A stretch of DNA of 64,000 bases from an uncultured Acidimicrobiaceae bacterium (GTDB lineage: Bacteria > Actinomycetota > Acidimicrobiia > Acidimicrobiales > RAAP-2): positions 62,910 through 126,909 of the forward strand of contig CAWCCM010000001.1 in NCBI GenBank assembly GCA_963794145.1. The letters run 5' to 3'. Position numbers and translations under genes: made by a program. The notes below the pieces were generated by a model. That model saw nothing but the letters and a program-made list of their open reading frames with translations, did no database searches and was not told the DNA's origin. This document shows positions 62,439 to 64,000 of the stretch, in pieces; positions within the stretch are counted from its first letter, which is position 1, and the number at the start of each line of letters is the position of its first letter.

Positions 62439-64000
62439 ATGACCATCGCGAGCCGTGGGGCGGTCCCAACGACGGGCGACACCCAGGGAATGGCCCCGAC
62501 GGCCGCGGTCCTGGCGCCGCCGGACGCCACGACGCTCGACGCACTGGTTCACGACGTCGCCGACCGCGCGGCGAGGTGGGCCGGAACGAGCGCGGCCATC
62601 CGCGCCGATCTCCTGCAGCAGGTCATCACGGCCACGATGCGGGTCCAGGATGCCTGGCTGGCCGCCGCCTGCGAGGCCAAGGGGCTCCGGCCGGGTAGCA
62701 CCGAGGCGGGCGAGGAGCTCTTCGCCGGCATCGGGACCTTCGTGCGCATGGCGCGCCTGCTGCGCGACTCGCTGCGGGCCATCGCCAAGGACGGCAAGCC
62801 GGCCATCCCCGGCCCGGTGCGCGAGGCACGAGACGGCTGCTTCGCGCGCGCAGGTCTTCCCCGACGGTGCCTTCGACCGCATCACATTTGCCCAGACCAC
62901 CGCCGAGATCTGGATGCAGCCCGGCGTGACTCATGACTCCCTCGTGGCCGAGCAGGCCGCGGCCTACGCCGACCCAGGCGCCCATGCCGGGACGGCGCTG
63001 GTACTCGCTGCCGGCAACGTCGCCTCACTCGGGCCGCGTGACGCGCTCTCCAAGCTCTTCGTCGCGGGCAAGGTCGTGGTGATGAAGGCGAACCCGGTCA
63101 ACGACTATCTCATCCCGCACTGGAAGCGAGCGCTGGCGCCTCTCACCGACATCGGCGTGCTGCGGATCGTGGACGGCGGCGCTGCGGTCGGGGAGTACCT
63201 GGCGCGGCACGCGCTCATCGACGAGGTGCACGTCACCGGGTCCGACAAGACGTACGACGCCATCGTGTTCGGCACCGGGGACGAGGGGCGCGTCGAAAGG
63301 CGGCCGACGAGCCCGTGCTCGACAAGCCGGTCACGGCAGAGCTCGGGAGCGTCTCGCCGGTGATCATTGTCCCCGGCAAGTGGTCGATCGGGGAGCTGCG
63401 CTACCAGGCGGAGCACGTAGCCACCATGCTGGTCAACAACGCCGGGTTCAACTGCATCTCGGCCCGGGTCGTCGTCACCCACGCCGAGTGGCCACAGCGC
63501 GACGCGTTCCTCGGCGCGCTCACCCAGACGCTGGCCGAGATCGGGCCGCGACGCGCCTACTACCCCGGCGCGCAGGCTCGCCGCGACGCCTTCTTGTCGG
63601 CGCACCCCGAAGCGGAGGAGCTCGGCGCGGGAGGCGGGGACGCCCAGCCATGGACGTTCATTCGCGACGTGCCATCCGGGCGAATCGACGACATCTGCTT
63701 CAACGTGGAGTCCTTCTGCGGCGAGATGGCCGAGACTGCGCTCAGCGCGCCGACCCCGGCGGCGTTCATCGACGCCGCCACCGCCTTCTGCAACGACGTG
63801 GTGTGGGGCACGCTCGGTGCGACCATCCTGGTGAGCCCGACCTCGACGCGCGACCCATCGGTGGCCGAGGCGGTCGAGCGCGCCGTGGCCGACCTGCGCT
63901 ACGGCTCCATCGGGGTGAACCTGTGGCACGGCCTGTCCTTCGCCATGGGCTCGACCACGTGGGGCGCCTACCCCGGGCACGCCCGCACCGACATCCAGTC
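62439..64000 (+). pseudogene. Aldehyde-dehydrogenase-family protein, 3' partial, with two frameshifts (about 62843-62850 in a (gc)n run and about 63286-63289 in a gggg run).
   Basis: The ATG at 62439 is preceded by gaggggagga. Three consecutive frames carry ...LRDSLRAIAKDGKPAIPGPV | AQVFPDGAFDRITF..LVLAAGNVASLGPRD..VVVMKANPVN..VHVTGSDKTYDAIVFG | AADEPVLDKPVTAELGSVSPVIIVPG...NNAGFNCIS.... Confidence 0.75.

Noticed and set aside
1-64000. A search for tRNA, rRNA, IS elements, integrases, prophage genes, toxin-antitoxin pairs and known defence-system hallmarks (Cas, restriction-modification, Abi, STAND-nuclease operons).
   Set aside because: No ORF translation or sequence pattern supports any of these. 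The only STAND-like protein is a wHTH regulator cut by the window edge. I therefore do not claim a defence or mobile system here.

Overview
The window is very GC-rich (about 70% by eye), densely coding chromosomal DNA that looks actinobacterial. Supporting markers are two F420-type luciferase-like (LLM) oxidoreductases, a GAP/Sap-like protein, a DUF6325-like protein, the mycobacterial gene order pstB-pstS-pstC-pstA, a probable leaderless TetR mRNA, and many ATGA/GTGA start-stop overlaps. I found no rRNA, tRNA, CRISPR array, transposase, integrase or phage gene, so this reads as core or metabolic genome rather than an obvious mobile or defence island.

Recognisable content, left to right:
- A wHTH plus P-loop STAND regulator, cut by the window edge.
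- A secreted beta-helix protein with six copies of a roughly 42-aa repeat that I cannot name.
- An SGNH hydrolase, a PAS-GGDEF-EAL protein and a CPA1 antiporter.
- Three dispersed small PLDc_N-type membrane proteins. Two carry SHOCT tails, and one heads a PLDc_N-SHOCT / DUF6325-like / SHOCT trio.
- A GH36 alpha-galactosidase next to a CUT1 sugar ABC transporter.
- A PlsC-type acyltransferase, a GH29 fucosidase and an arylamine N-acetyltransferase.
- A two-Cys CsoR/CstR-like repressor next to a heavily frameshifted CoA-disulfide-reductase-rhodanese gene.
- A DUF2252 protein.
- A glpK/glpA-like operon.
- An APC permease / choline-kinase-like / DMGDH-GcvT cluster.
- A large GT-C-like membrane protein convergent with a membrane-anchored BNR propeller.
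- TetR plus a P450 with an N-terminal (TDI)4(TDT)3 microsatellite.
- YdbS/YdbT-like PH-domain proteins.
- An SDR, a NAGPA-like lipoprotein, an M20 amidohydrolase, an acyl-CoA dehydrogenase and a nitrobindin-like protein.
- The pst operon with Pho-box-like repeats.
- ChrA, two LLM oxidoreductases and an aldehyde dehydrogenase.

A striking technical or biological signal is at least 12 reading-frame breaks in 7 otherwise well-conserved genes, plus one SDR with no stop codon. Five of the breaks fall in a single 1.7-kb gene. I cannot tell assembly indels from true pseudogenisation using sequence alone.

I see no clear-cut novel system. The best candidates for undescribed biology are the PLDc_N/SHOCT/DUF6325-like module and its paralogues, the beta-helix plus unnamed-repeat protein bracketed by 55-bp direct repeats, the orphaned CstR-like sensor, and the permease-kinase-DMGDH cluster.

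Most long alternate-frame ORFs in the supplied track are high-GC artefacts. Family names are my recognition of motifs in the translations, not database hits.
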